Of a stretch of 64,000 nucleotides of DNA, positions 18,888-28,840 are shown piece by piece. Below the pieces are notes generated by a model, which worked only from the letters and a program-made list of their open reading frames with translations, was not told the DNA's origin and made no database searches. The position numbers were made by a program, and so were the translations under genes. How positions within the stretch are numbered: position 1 is the stretch's first letter; each line of letters starts with the position of its first letter. Source of the stretch: a virus; the IMG/VR virus record IMGVR_UViG_3300021141_000001; one strand, written 5' to 3'.

Positions 18888-19403
18888 ATGAAAAAGTTTT
18901 TATCACTTATAGTTGGTTTAGTGTTGAGTTTAAGTGCTTACTCACAATACTCACAGGCTAAAATAGATTACCCTAAATTTGAAACAGATTCAAATGGTCA
19001 ACAAGTTATTGTAATGACTATTGAACAAGCTCAGTCACTTGATAATGGTACTGACTTATTGGCTCTTTTAGAAAAACAAAGTACTCAAATTGGTCAATAT
19101 GATTCAGTTTGTGTTAGAGTTATCAATGATAAAGAACAAGTAATTGCTTCTCAAAAATTGGAAATTGCTAAATTAAAAGAGTCTTTGAATAATAAAGACC
19201 AACAAATTAAATCATTACAAGGTGAAGTTGCTGCTTATCTTAAAAAGATTCTTATTTTAGAAGAACAAGTTGATAATAGACAACAAGTTATTGATGAAAA
19301 GAATCTACAAATAAGAAAAATGAAAACTAAAATGGTCTTTGGTGGTATCGGTGGAGGTGTCGCTATTATTGGTTTAGTACTCGGTTTATTACTAGTACAC
19401 TAA
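18888..19403 (+). CDS. Signal-peptide coiled-coil protein with C-terminal TM segment
   Basis: MKKFLSLIVGLVLSLSAYS signal peptide; GGIGGGVAIIGLVLGLLLV tail. Confidence 0.55.
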   Translation: MKKFLSLIVGLVLSLSAYSQYSQAKIDYPKFETDSNGQQVIVMTIEQAQSLDNGTDLLALLEKQSTQIGQYDSVCVRVINDKEQVIASQKLEIAKLKESLNNKDQQIKSLQGEVAAYLKKILILEEQVDNRQQVIDEKNLQIRKMKTKMVFGGIGGGVAIIGLVLGLLLVH

Positions 19404-19462
19404 TTGATAAAAAATGAGTTTTTTAGTTTAATATATAATCTATAAAAAATATTCAAATACAA

Positions 19463-20125
19463 ATGAAGCATATCAGAACATATGAAAACTATCGTATTAA
19501 AAAGAACAGAGAAGAAATCATTAAAGAATCGGTTCTTCAAGTAAACGATATTTACAAAGTAAAGACAATGATTGATATTCCTCAATCTTTAATCAATGCT
19601 TATGTGAAAAAAGTAAAAGACACTACAGGTAAAAACCTACGCACGTTCTTTGGTGATGTTGATATTGCTGAAGAAATTGTAAAGTTTATTAATATGGATA
19701 ACTTAGATGTTGAGAAAATTCCTGGTGGTGCTTTAATGGGTGGTGGTCAATCACAAACTCAAACACAACCTCAGGCTCAACCTCAAGTTCAAGTAGAGGC
19801 TCAACCTCAAGCTCAAACTCAAGAAGCTCCTCAGGCACAAGGTCAACCAGCTCAAACTCAAGAAGCTCCTCAAGCACAAGCTCAAGAAGCTCCAGCACAA
19901 GGTGAATTTGAAGAACCTCAAGCACAAGCTCAACCTGCTCAAGGTCAGGCTCAAGAAGCTCCAGCACAAGGAGAAGAAGCTCAACCAGCACAAGGACAAG
20001 CTCAACCAGCACAAGGACAAGCTCAACCAGCACAAGGACAAGCTCAACCAGCACAAGGTGAAGAAGAAGAAAAAGAAGAAGGTGAAGAAGAAAAAGAAGA
20101 AGGTGAAGAAGAATTACCTCTTTAA
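19463..20125 (+). CDS. Putative internal head protein with Q/A/P/E low-complexity tail
   Basis: MKHIRTYENY leader; late promoter; AQPAQGQ repeats. Confidence 0.6.
   Translation: MKHIRTYENYRIKKNREEIIKESVLQVNDIYKVKTMIDIPQSLINAYVKKVKDTTGKNLRTFFGDVDIAEEIVKFINMDNLDVEKIPGGALMGGGQSQTQTQPQAQPQVQVEAQPQAQTQEAPQAQGQPAQTQEAPQAQAQEAPAQGEFEEPQAQAQPAQGQAQEAPAQGEEAQPAQGQAQPAQGQAQPAQGQAQPAQGEEEEKEEGEEEKEEGEEELPL
19979..20058 (+). repeat. 21-bp coding tandem repeat (AQPAQGQ), about 3.8 copies
   Basis: gctcaaccagcacaaggacaa repeated perfectly. Confidence 0.9.
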
Positions 20126-20147
20126 TCTATAAAATATTCAAAGAATT

Positions 20148-20178
20148 AAAACCCATCAAATATTTTGATGGGTTTTTT
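20148..20178 (+). terminator. Intrinsic terminator
   Basis: AAAACCCATCAAA-TTTGATGGGTTTTTT. Confidence 0.7.
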
Positions 20179-20194
20179 ATTTAATATATACTTT

Positions 20195-20806
20195 ATGAAA
20201 TTCATTAAAACATTTGAGAGTCATAGTGGTGGAACATTAATTATAGTTGATGTTCAAAAATCATTTAGAAAGTTCTTTTCAGAAATGTATCTTAATGAAT
20301 TAAAGAAGTATTGTAATAACTTTCAAAATGTTTATCAAATTTGGGATAATCATACAGATGGTAAGAATGTAGATAAAGATTATTTATATGATGAAACACC
20401 TGTAATTCCTATTCATAAAGATCTTTATCATTTTACTAATCAAAAAGACCTTATTGAGAAAAGGTATAACTACAAAGTAGATGCTGATTTCTATAAGAAA
20501 GTATTAGATAAAGAAGTTTATGATGAAATTTCTGATAAAGAAGATAAGAGTTTATTAAAGAAAGGTGATATATTCAATACTAAAGAAGGAACTATTATTA
20601 CTTACATAAACAATAATCACGTTTGGTTTCACTGTCCTATAAAACTATATGAATTATTAAAGTCACTTAATGGTAAAGAAGTTACAATTGTCGGTGGTGC
20701 TGATTCTGAGTGTTTAGAAGATGTTGTTACTACTGCTGAGAGTTTAGGAGTTAAAATTAAAAGAGATTATAAGTATATTTATACTGCTAATAGTTGCCCT
20801 ATTTAA
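20195..20806 (+). CDS. Cysteine hydrolase (isochorismatase/nicotinamidase-like) with capsid-targeting-like leader
   Basis: LIIVDVQ..F and VGGADSECLED; start MKFIKTFES. Confidence 0.65.
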   Translation: MKFIKTFESHSGGTLIIVDVQKSFRKFFSEMYLNELKKYCNNFQNVYQIWDNHTDGKNVDKDYLYDETPVIPIHKDLYHFTNQKDLIEKRYNYKVDADFYKKVLDKEVYDEISDKEDKSLLKKGDIFNTKEGTIITYINNNHVWFHCPIKLYELLKSLNGKEVTIVGGADSECLEDVVTTAESLGVKIKRDYKYIYTANSCPI

Positions 20807-21197
20807 TAAAATGTAGTAAGTACGGATCTTTTGAATCAACAACTGTGGCACCACATCTTTGCCAGAACTTTTTACTATCCTTTGTACATCTTACAAATAC
20901 CTCATCAATAAGATATATATCAAGTACTTTCTTAGCAAGATATTCACCTAATCCTTTACCTTTCATATCTGAAAATGCTGACATTATTTCAGGTTTACCG
21001 TAATTTGAATTTGGATTAACTTCTATTTCAACTATAGGTTTACCATCTAATCTTAATTGATAAAAATCGGTTTCACCTTTTTTAGCACCAAATGATGGTT
21101 TAAATAAAGTTTTTTCATCTGAAGTAACTTTATAAAACTCCATGTTAGATATTAGTTCATTATCAATATAAGACTCAAATGTTTTAATGTATCTCAT
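20799..21197 (-). CDS. GNAT acetyltransferase with capsid-targeting-like leader
   Basis: KGKGLGEYL (acetyl-CoA motif A) and SKKFWQRCG; start MRYIKTFESY. Confidence 0.7.
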   Translation of the reverse strand: MRYIKTFESYIDNELISNMEFYKVTSDEKTLFKPSFGAKKGETDFYQLRLDGKPIVEIEVNPNSNYGKPEIMSAFSDMKGKGLGEYLAKKVLDIYLIDEVFVRCTKDSKKFWQRCGATVVDSKDPYLLHFIK

Positions 21198-21208
21198 ACT
21201 TTATATAT

Positions 21209-21583
21209 TTAAGTTACAACAGCATAAACCTCATAGTCTGCTATTTGAAAATTTATTTCCATGTACTCTTGGTATCTTTCAGGATCCTCATAAAAATTAA
21301 CTTGTAGTGTATAATTTATAGATTCTAGTTCGGTAATATATTCTCTTACTTGAGCTCTTAATTCACTTTCTATTGTTTCGGCTGATAGCCTTGTTTCGTG
21401 TAAATATTTTGGTAAGTCGCCACCAAACTCAGGATCACAAAATAATTCACCTTTATTTGTAAATATCATTAATTCCCATTTTTGTATAATAACTCTAATA
21501 ACATCATCCTCAATGATTTGAATATCATTGAATCTTGGATGACCGGGGTAAATAATATAGAAGTCTGAAAAATCAAAAGCCAT
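21209..21583 (-). CDS. gp25: Baseplate wedge protein (gp25-like)
   Basis: TNKGELFCDPEFGGDL..YLHE. Confidence 0.8.
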   Translation of the reverse strand: MAFDFSDFYIIYPGHPRFNDIQIIEDDVIRVIIQKWELMIFTNKGELFCDPEFGGDLPKYLHETRLSAETIESELRAQVREYITELESINYTLQVNFYEDPERYQEYMEINFQIADYEVYAVVT

Positions 21584-21615
21584 AACATATATATTAATAT
21601 ATTATGGCTCTTTTG

Positions 21616-22578
21616 TTATAATAGTATATCTCTGAATTTACCAACAATGGTTAGACCTAGAACTATAGGATCTGTATTGGTTTCTAATTTAGATGAATAA
21701 TCTGATATGATAAAATTACATTCAAATAGTTTATCTATATTTTTACTTTCTGATATAGACCAATCAATAAATGGTTTTCCTAAAAGTCTAATCATTACAT
21801 CAATCTTTTCAGCACCAAAGTTAGTCATTAAGAAGTGATAGATTTTCTCATAGTCTAATGATTTATCATAAATACAAGAGTATAAATCTAATTTTACTTT
21901 ATTAGATACATTGGATGAATTTTCACCTAAACTACCAGTTTCTAAATAGTTTTGAACTTCAACCATTATAGACCTAAAGTCTGGAAACTTTTTAGTAATA
22001 ATAGAAGCCAAATCTTCTTTAGGAATTTCTTTACCTTCTTTTGGTAGAATTACATTATTGATTCTTTTATAAACTTCTTGTTTAAGATACTTTTCTTCTT
22101 CAAGACTTTGACAATCAAAATTAATTTGAGGAATTCTAGACTTAATACCATCAGAAATTTTATTTAAGTGATTGGTTGTAATAATGAATCTAACATTCTT
22201 ATTATATTTTTCAATAAATGCTTTGAAGGCATCTTGAAATTGAGCCGATACTCTTTCAAATTCATCTAAAAAGATGTATTTAATATCAGAATCTGTCTCC
22301 ATCATTGGAGTAAATTTACAGAAATCTTCAATCTCACTTCTTAACACATCAATAGATGTATATAAAGACGAGTTTAATTCAAGATACGGCTTATCCTTTG
22401 TGTATTTACCAATAAGGATTCTAGCCAAACTGGTTTTTCCGGTACCAAAGTGACCGTAAAATATAAAGTTTTGGTTAACACCATTTTCAAAATGTTTTTT
22501 AATTCTAGGTAAAAGAATAACATCATCCATAGTTTTTGGACGCCACTTTTCCCATAAGAGTAATGATTTAACAGACAT
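21616..22578 (-). CDS. gp44: Sliding-clamp loader AAA+ subunit (gp44-like)
   Basis: LWEKWRPKT, GHFGTGKTS, FLDEFE, SRIP, FPDFR. Confidence 0.92.
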   Translation of the reverse strand: MSVKSLLLWEKWRPKTMDDVILLPRIKKHFENGVNQNFIFYGHFGTGKTSLARILIGKYTKDKPYLELNSSLYTSIDVLRSEIEDFCKFTPMMETDSDIKYIFLDEFERVSAQFQDAFKAFIEKYNKNVRFIITTNHLNKISDGIKSRIPQINFDCQSLEEEKYLKQEVYKRINNVILPKEGKEIPKEDLASIITKKFPDFRSIMVEVQNYLETGSLGENSSNVSNKVKLDLYSCIYDKSLDYEKIYHFLMTNFGAEKIDVMIRLLGKPFIDWSISESKNIDKLFECNFIISDYSSKLETNTDPIVLGLTIVGKFRDILL

Positions 22579-22645
22579 ATTTATTCAATTAGTTAATAGG
22601 TATATAATCTCATGAAGAGAAAGTTTATATTTAATATATACCGAT

Positions 22646-23701
22646 ATGATAGGAGAAAGATTTAATTTTGAAGACGTATTTTTTAGAGATTTAACAGTTT
22701 GTGTTTTAGATACGTTAGAAGGACAAGTCAAGTGGATTAACAGATTCACTAGTGGTGATGTTTATGTTCAAGTTCCTTTTTATTACTCTTTGACAGGGGA
22801 TGAAAGATTTCTTTTAGATTCATTTTCTGATGATATAGTTTCTGAAAACAGATTTGTTGAATTAAATACGGATATGATACCAAGAGGTCATTTAACTATG
22901 ACTGGTTTCAACATTAAATCTGATGAATTTGCCAACCCTAATGTTTGGTTAAGAATGGTTGTTGAGAATGAAGTAGAAATTAGAAAAGTAATCGCTAAAG
23001 TTAGAGCGGTTCCTATTACAGTAAATTATGATTTAGAAATATTATTAAGTTCTGAGATAGACACATTCAAATGTTCTCAGGCTATTATGGATACTCTTTG
23101 GTTATATAAGTTTATGTACTTTGAGTATAACTTTATGAATATTGATGCTGTTATTTTAATGCCTGATTCAAATCAAATTGAAATGTCTAGAGAAAAGAAT
23201 TTAACATCTGATAATAATATCAAGATGAAAGTTTCTTTTACAGTCGAAACTTACTATCCCGCATTTAGAAGTGATAGAATTAATAGTACTGGTTATCCAC
23301 AATCATATGGTTCAGGTATGAGTGATTTGAACGGATTTGCTCTTAATGGCGGGGTTTCTGATTATTTTCAACAACCTGGTATGCCAGGTGGACCTGGTGG
23401 TGCTAATAACAGACCTGGTGGTCCTGGTCCTGGTGGATCTAGAACCGACACTAGCTCTGGTGGTGGATTAGGCGTTAGAGATGTTCCTCCTTATGGCGCA
23501 ACTACTAGTTTCTATAATACACAATCATCAGCATCTTCTCCTAGTGATGGATATGGATCATTTACTAACTCTGATTACTTGATTGTTTCTCCTAAGAGAA
23601 CAAGATGGTTTAATAATATATTAAAAGCAAGAGAAAAAGCATCAGGAAATATAATAAATCCGAATGGTTCTCAAGGACCCGCAGACGCATCAAACCCTTA
23701 A
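22646..23701 (+). CDS. Tail completion/sheath stabiliser (gp15-like) with Gly/Pro-rich extension
   Basis: FFRDL...VPFYY...E.F...IPR...VP..VNYDL.I pattern. Confidence 0.6.
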   Translation: MIGERFNFEDVFFRDLTVCVLDTLEGQVKWINRFTSGDVYVQVPFYYSLTGDERFLLDSFSDDIVSENRFVELNTDMIPRGHLTMTGFNIKSDEFANPNVWLRMVVENEVEIRKVIAKVRAVPITVNYDLEILLSSEIDTFKCSQAIMDTLWLYKFMYFEYNFMNIDAVILMPDSNQIEMSREKNLTSDNNIKMKVSFTVETYYPAFRSDRINSTGYPQSYGSGMSDLNGFALNGGVSDYFQQPGMPGGPGGANNRPGGPGPGGSRTDTSSGGGLGVRDVPPYGATTSFYNTQSSASSPSDGYGSFTNSDYLIVSPKRTRWFNNILKAREKASGNIINPNGSQGPADASNP

Positions 23702-23781
23702 TAATAAATAAATTTAAAAATGGTAAAAAATGACTTTTTATCTATAATATATAGAGTATATAAAAAAAAATATTTTAAAAT

Positions 23782-25065
23782 ATGAAGAATCTTAAACTTG
23801 AGTTATTTAACTTCAAAAAGGACCTTACTCTTGACCAGGAGGAAGTTTCTGTGATAGTTGAGGGACATATGAATGCTTGTAATCAGTTATCTGAAAAGCA
23901 AATCATAGTTTCTCTTAACGATAGACTTAAACCATACACTTATGATAAGAGCGTTAAATCTCTTTTAGAGAATCTTAATGATGATATGAAAAATTATGAA
24001 TTATTATATGAATTAAAAAATTTATATAATGTTCTTAACTCTAAGAATCAAGGAGAACTTTACAGACAACCTTTGAATGTTGTTCTTCAAACTATTAATT
24101 TAGAAACTGACCAAGATAGAATGTCAAAAATTCTTAATGAATTGGCTGTTTATGACTGGGTTCCAGAAGTTAAGTTATTTGTTCATAATTTAACAAAATC
24201 ACCTGAAAAAAGATCAAATCTTTTAAGTGGTGGTAAAGGTGAGTCTACATTCACTATTGTTGAGCAAGTAGAAGATGGTCACGTTGCTTTAGTTAAAGAT
24301 TCATGGTTCTTATTATCTGAAAATACAATTGAAAAAACATTATTAGAAAATCACGTTAAAGATGAAGAATCTTTAAAATCTTTAAGAATGTTAGAAACAG
24401 CAATGAAGTATGCTCAAGTTTCTGAAGATAGAGTTAACTTTAGAATTTCTGAATACTTAACAATTGGTTTAGCTGTTGGTAAAAAATCTGGTCTTTATAT
24501 CAACGATGATGAATTAAATGAAGAAACTACATTAGAATCTTTATTCTCTTCTCCAATTATTCCAATCGTAAACAAAAATTTCTATCCTATTTTAGTTGAA
24601 GTTTCTAAAAACTTAGATAAATTTGTAGAGTTAGATGTTGTTAAAAAAGTTAACAACTTAATCAACCCTTATTTAGAATTATTTGCTTTCAATTACAAAA
24701 ACAATACTTTTGTTTACAGATGTGATGAAAGATATGGTAACTCATTCTTCAAATACGAATCTGCTTTAGAATTAGTAAACGAAGTAAGAAACGAATTAAA
24801 CTATGATTTAACTTATTTCTTTGAAAATAAATTAGATAAAGAATTAATCGTTAAAAGAAAACTTGAAGATAAAGAAAGAGAAATCACTTTGAAATTAGAA
24901 GATGTTAATTTCAATATCTCTAAAGTTAAAGGTTCTATCCAAATGATTGGTGAATCAGAAGTTTTAACTACAGCTCTTAAAAACTTAGAGAAAAGAAAAG
25001 ACAACTTAGATACTGAATTACAAGCTACTAAAGAACTTCAATATAACGAAAGAATTAAACTTTAA
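23782..25065 (+). CDS. Hypothetical late structural/core protein
   Basis: Late promoter, C-terminal coiled coil, many L/I-x-E sites. Confidence 0.55.
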   Translation: MKNLKLELFNFKKDLTLDQEEVSVIVEGHMNACNQLSEKQIIVSLNDRLKPYTYDKSVKSLLENLNDDMKNYELLYELKNLYNVLNSKNQGELYRQPLNVVLQTINLETDQDRMSKILNELAVYDWVPEVKLFVHNLTKSPEKRSNLLSGGKGESTFTIVEQVEDGHVALVKDSWFLLSENTIEKTLLENHVKDEESLKSLRMLETAMKYAQVSEDRVNFRISEYLTIGLAVGKKSGLYINDDELNEETTLESLFSSPIIPIVNKNFYPILVEVSKNLDKFVELDVVKKVNNLINPYLELFAFNYKNNTFVYRCDERYGNSFFKYESALELVNEVRNELNYDLTYFFENKLDKELIVKRKLEDKEREITLKLEDVNFNISKVKGSIQMIGESEVLTTALKNLEKRKDNLDTELQATKELQYNERIKL

Positions 25066-25119
25066 TATTAAATATTAATAAAAATCCTCAAAGAAATTTG
25101 AGGATTTTTTATTTTAAAA

Positions 25120-25148
25120 TAAACTTACATGTTACATAAACGTATAAC
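25120..25148 (+). promoter_or_regulatory. Putative middle promoter TAAAC-N18-TATAAC
   Basis: One of about 10 copies of the motif in the window. Confidence 0.6.
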
Positions 25149-25194
25149 ATGAAAGGTCTCTAAAGTTAGAGCCTTAAAAAATAAGTATCAATGA

Positions 25195-25560
25195 ATGTAC
25201 CTAAACAACAAAGACTTATACATTGAAGTAATAGTATCAAAAGCACAAGGCAAACTAACTAGAAACGCAGAGAAAATGTTAGAACTACTTGCCAAAAAAA
25301 CAATCAAAAAAATGAGATATTGGTCTAATGATGATAAATTAGACTGTTACCAATCAGGACTATTAGATATGTTCCAAAACTGGTATAATTTTAATGAAGA
25401 TAAATCTGTTAATGCCTTCGCATACTTTACAGAGGTCTTCAAAAGAGGAATTGCCAAAGGTTATAATGAACTTTACAAGAAAAAAGGCGATAACGAACAC
25501 TTAATCAAATTAATTTCAATTGAAGGTTCAAACGATGGACAAGGACTCCACTCACTTTAA
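25195..25560 (+). CDS. gp55: Late-transcription sigma factor (gp55-like)
   Basis: YLNNKDL...NFNEDKSVNAFAYFTEV matches the gp55 family signature. Confidence 0.85.
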   Translation: MYLNNKDLYIEVIVSKAQGKLTRNAEKMLELLAKKTIKKMRYWSNDDKLDCYQSGLLDMFQNWYNFNEDKSVNAFAYFTEVFKRGIAKGYNELYKKKGDNEHLIKLISIEGSNDGQGLHSL

Positions 25561-25696
25561 TCTAAAAACATTTGATATAGTTATGACACCAGCATTTAGT
25601 ACTAGTAGCATACCTATAACTATATTTCCTTCAAGACAGAAAAGACGAAAGGAAAAAATTCAAAACATCTTTAAAATAAAAAATCCACTCAATTGA
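25535..25696 (+). CDS. Unannotated 53-aa ORF containing RRKEKIQNIF
   Basis: ATG 25535 (or 25583) to TGA 25696; carries the recurrent motif. Confidence 0.4.
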   Translation: MDKDSTHFNLKTFDIVMTPAFSTSSIPITIFPSRQKRRKEKIQNIFKIKNPLN

Positions 25697-25724
25697 GTGG
25701 ATTTTTACTTTATAATCATTTATG

Positions 25725-26819
25725 TTATGCTTCTGTTGAAACCTCAAATTCAGAATAAACTGTTTGTAACATTCTAAGTGATACTTGGTAAGGATCACAG
25801 TTAGAAGCTGGTCTTCTATCTTCAAAGTAGCCTTTTCCTTCAACAATTGCTTGTGCTGGAATTCTGATAGATGTGTCTCTTGTAGAGAAGCCGTAACTGA
25901 AATCATTGATACTTGATGTTTCGTGAGCACCAGTTAATCTTTGGTCGTTATGTAATCCGTAAACCGCAATGTGTTCTCTTTGATACTTTTCTAATTTAGA
26001 CATAGTTTCTTTAATGATGTCTAATCCGCCTTCTTCTCTCATTTCTTTAGTAGAGAAGTTAACATGACAACCTGTTCCGTTCCAGTCGCCTTTTAGTGGT
26101 TTAGGATGTAAAGAAACTTTAACATTATATTTTTCAGCAACTCTTTGTAACAAATAACGAGAAACCCATAATTGGTCAGAACCTTCTAAAGCAGTAACTG
26201 GTCCAATTTGATATTCCCATTGTCCTAAAAGAACTTCAGCATTAATACCGGAAATATCTAAACCAATTTCCATACACATATTCATATGTTCTTCAACAAT
26301 GTCTCTACCAACTACATTATCAGATCCGATACCACAGTAGTAGTCACCTTGAGGTCTTGGTGTTGAATTTGGATCCAAAGTAAATCCTAATGGAATACCT
26401 TCACCAATGCCAAATGGAATCATTGGTTTGTGTGTAAGAGTGTATTCTTGTTCCCAGCCAAACCAAGGAAGTTCTAATTTATCACCTGAATTGATACCCA
26501 ATTCATTAACTTTTTCAGCTAATGTTCTTCTGTTGTTTGTTTCGTGTTGTGTTCCGTCTGGGTTAAGAACTTCACAGAAAACTAATTTGTTTAATCCTTT
26601 TCTAAATGGATCGTATGTTACAAATACGGGTTTTAATAAACAGTCTGTGTTTTTACCTTTACCTGATTGTGCTTGTAACGTTGAACTTCCGTCAAATGAC
26701 CATATTGAATAGGCGGAAGGATTCATTGAATTAATTTCTGAAGCGATTTTAGTTTTACTTCTAAGTTGTTGAGGGTTTGAACCATCAAGCCAAATGTACT
26801 CTAGTTTGATATTACTCAT
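25725..26819 (-). CDS. glnII: Glutamine synthetase type II
   Basis: LEYIWLDG, WSFDGSST, GINAEV..GQWEYQIGP, GDWNGTGCH, RLTGAHET, YFEDRRPASN. Confidence 0.95.
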   Translation of the reverse strand: MSNIKLEYIWLDGSNPQQLRSKTKIASEINSMNPSAYSIWSFDGSSTLQAQSGKGKNTDCLLKPVFVTYDPFRKGLNKLVFCEVLNPDGTQHETNNRRTLAEKVNELGINSGDKLELPWFGWEQEYTLTHKPMIPFGIGEGIPLGFTLDPNSTPRPQGDYYCGIGSDNVVGRDIVEEHMNMCMEIGLDISGINAEVLLGQWEYQIGPVTALEGSDQLWVSRYLLQRVAEKYNVKVSLHPKPLKGDWNGTGCHVNFSTKEMREEGGLDIIKETMSKLEKYQREHIAVYGLHNDQRLTGAHETSSINDFSYGFSTRDTSIRIPAQAIVEGKGYFEDRRPASNCDPYQVSLRMLQTVYSEFEVSTEA

Positions 26820-26901
26820 AAATGATTTGTTTTTTTTTATTTTATGTTTTTTACTAAACTTTGTTTAATTAGATCACTAAAATAAATACAAAAATTTAAA
26901 A

Positions 26902-27207
26902 ATGAATAAAGTAATATTACAACTTTGGGAAGAATCTAATACCAAAGAGGGATTTCTTAGTGATGGGTGTTCATTACATTTAAATGTTAAAGAAAGAGAT
27001 ATCTATGTATCTTCTATCTATGGAAGTCGAGATAATTCAATTATTCCTAATGAATATGATAGAATTGTTGGAGAATGGGTAGAAGTTTTTGTAGAAGATA
27101 AAATATTTAATATGATTATTGAAGATAAGTCTGTTAAAATTAATGAATCAGCTTTTCAAAATTTATTAAAATTTGAAGAAATAATATTTAACACCGATAC
27201 TATATGA
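26902..27207 (+). CDS. Hypothetical protein
   Basis: QLWEES...DGCSLH; 101 aa. Confidence 0.6.
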   Translation: MNKVILQLWEESNTKEGFLSDGCSLHLNVKERDIYVSSIYGSRDNSIIPNEYDRIVGEWVEVFVEDKIFNMIIEDKSVKINESAFQNLLKFEEIIFNTDTI

Positions 27208-27551
27208 TGATTATTTTATTTTACCTAATATCTATTTTATTTGCTTTTAACGAGGTTTATTATGTCTTTAATAAAACTAGATTAGATATTAGTATTAAGT
27301 CTTTAGATGTTAAGTCTTTTAGTAGATTTGATATCTTACATTATGTCTTCAGACTAATGTTTTGGGTTTGGATGATTATTGGTATTTGGTCATCTCAATC
27401 AAGTTTGTTTATATTTTTAACACTTTTACATTTACTTAGATTTCCATTCTACCATATAAGTAGAAAACTTTATATTATATGGGATAATATTTTACCAAGT
27501 ATTTCTATAATTTTTATATTAATTATACTTATTTATAAGATTAAAGGTTAA
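27204..27551 (+). CDS. Small multi-pass membrane protein
   Basis: Three to four hydrophobic segments. Confidence 0.6.
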   Translation: MMIILFYLISILFAFNEVYYVFNKTRLDISIKSLDVKSFSRFDILHYVFRLMFWVWMIIGIWSSQSSLFIFLTLLHLLRFPFYHISRKLYIIWDNILPSISIIFILIILIYKIKG

Positions 27552-28068
27552 ATTTCTTTAGATGTTGTTCAGTTATGATGATAAATTCATAACCTTTCAT
27601 ATTACACCAGTTAATCATAGTCTCCCATTTGTTCTTATTCTTGTAAGCCATTTTAAGATCATACTCAAAATTTTTCAACTTCTTCATTCCATTCTCAGGA
27701 ACGACTAGGTTGCCTTCATTTAAGTCTTGAACCATCTTATACTCTTTGAATGGTTTAACCTCTACAACGACTTGTTTAAGTACTCCTTCAGAGTTTCTCA
27801 TCTCATAATAGAAGTCAGGATAATAACAATGTTCTTTTACTTTAGTATCACCATTATCAAAGTGAGTCATTTGATAAGGTATTCTCATACACTCAGCACC
27901 CCATTTAGTGATAGTTTTGTTATTATCTAACCAAGTCATTATCTTCTTCTCCCAAGAACTTCTATAATATACGCCCCCTTGTGTATTCAATTTAATTACT
28001 TTGTCTTTATACTTTGGTATATAGTTACCTTGATTGTAGTTAGCATTATTTGGTTTTGAATTTAACAT
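27541..28068 (-). CDS. gp4: Head completion nuclease (gp4-like, TnsA-type)
   Basis: YRSSWE, YYPDFY, VEVKP, NKNKW, F.IITE. Confidence 0.88.
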   Translation of the reverse strand: MLNSKPNNANYNQGNYIPKYKDKVIKLNTQGGVYYRSSWEKKIMTWLDNNKTITKWGAECMRIPYQMTHFDNGDTKVKEHCYYPDFYYEMRNSEGVLKQVVVEVKPFKEYKMVQDLNEGNLVVPENGMKKLKNFEYDLKMAYKNKNKWETMINWCNMKGYEFIIITEQHLKKFNL

Positions 28069-28084
28069 ACCTTGGATTAGTTTA

Positions 28085-28098
28085 TTTTATATATAAAA
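28085..28098. promoter_or_regulatory. Palindromic late promoter TTTTATATATAAAA
   Basis: 14-bp palindrome between the divergent gp4-like and gp2-like genes. Confidence 0.6.
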
Positions 28099-28112
28099 GA
28101 AAACAGATTTCC

Positions 28113-28808
28113 ATGGGAGAATTAGTAGATAGAATAGGATTGAGAATGTTAGTTGATGGTGATGGGTTAGCTGATAACTTCAAAAACAATTCACTTTATT
28201 TTTATGAAAAGTATCAAAAATCTGATAAAAGTGTAAAGTCTATTAGTGTTAGTGATATATTACCTGGTAATTTTTATCATTTTCATTATTTAGATGATTC
28301 CAATTGGATGAAGTGGTCTCCAATTTTTGTTACTAACTATAAAAAGATAAGCAATCAAATAATTATATTTGGTGTGAATTTTAACTTTATACCATTAGAA
28401 GTCAGAGCTTTTTTATTTGATAATTTTATGAAGGAAGAAGATTTTGAAAAAGATCAGCCATTAGCGGTTAGTTATGAGGGTATGTATGCTGAGTTAATTA
28501 AATATGGATTTGAATATGCTTTAGTCGAATATAATGCTTTACAAATTAAAATGGTACATAGAATAGAAATGAATTCTGTTCCAAGATTTTTAATTGCTGG
28601 TCATCCTAAAAATAAATACGATCCAGGTAAATTATTTAGTATATGGCAAGCTAAGTTAAAGGATAAAGATAAAAGAAATCAAGAGATTATGAATTCAACA
28701 ATAGATGACTTCTATGACACTAGAGGTGAGATTAATGAAAAGTATGTTTTGTTGAAAGACCATATTAAAAGAATTCAGACCAATTTGCGAAAATATGGTA
28801 ATAGATAA
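28113..28808 (+). CDS. DNA end protector protein (gp2-like)
   Basis: PG.FY.F.Y...P.F...GVNFNFIP...R; adjacent to gp4. Confidence 0.6.
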   Translation: MGELVDRIGLRMLVDGDGLADNFKNNSLYFYEKYQKSDKSVKSISVSDILPGNFYHFHYLDDSNWMKWSPIFVTNYKKISNQIIIFGVNFNFIPLEVRAFLFDNFMKEEDFEKDQPLAVSYEGMYAELIKYGFEYALVEYNALQIKMVHRIEMNSVPRFLIAGHPKNKYDPGKLFSIWQAKLKDKDKRNQEIMNSTIDDFYDTRGEINEKYVLLKDHIKRIQTNLRKYGNR

Positions 28809-28840
28809 TAATATATACTCTATAAAAATTACAATTTTAA

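Noticed and set aside
19689-20132. Alternative-frame and antisense ORFs (19689-, 19751-, 19902+)
   Set aside because: They are shadows of the low-complexity repeat in ORF 19463.
25631-25930. 99-aa minus-strand ORF overlapping the end of glnII
   Set aside because: It is an out-of-frame overlap that runs through a terminator and has no independent support.
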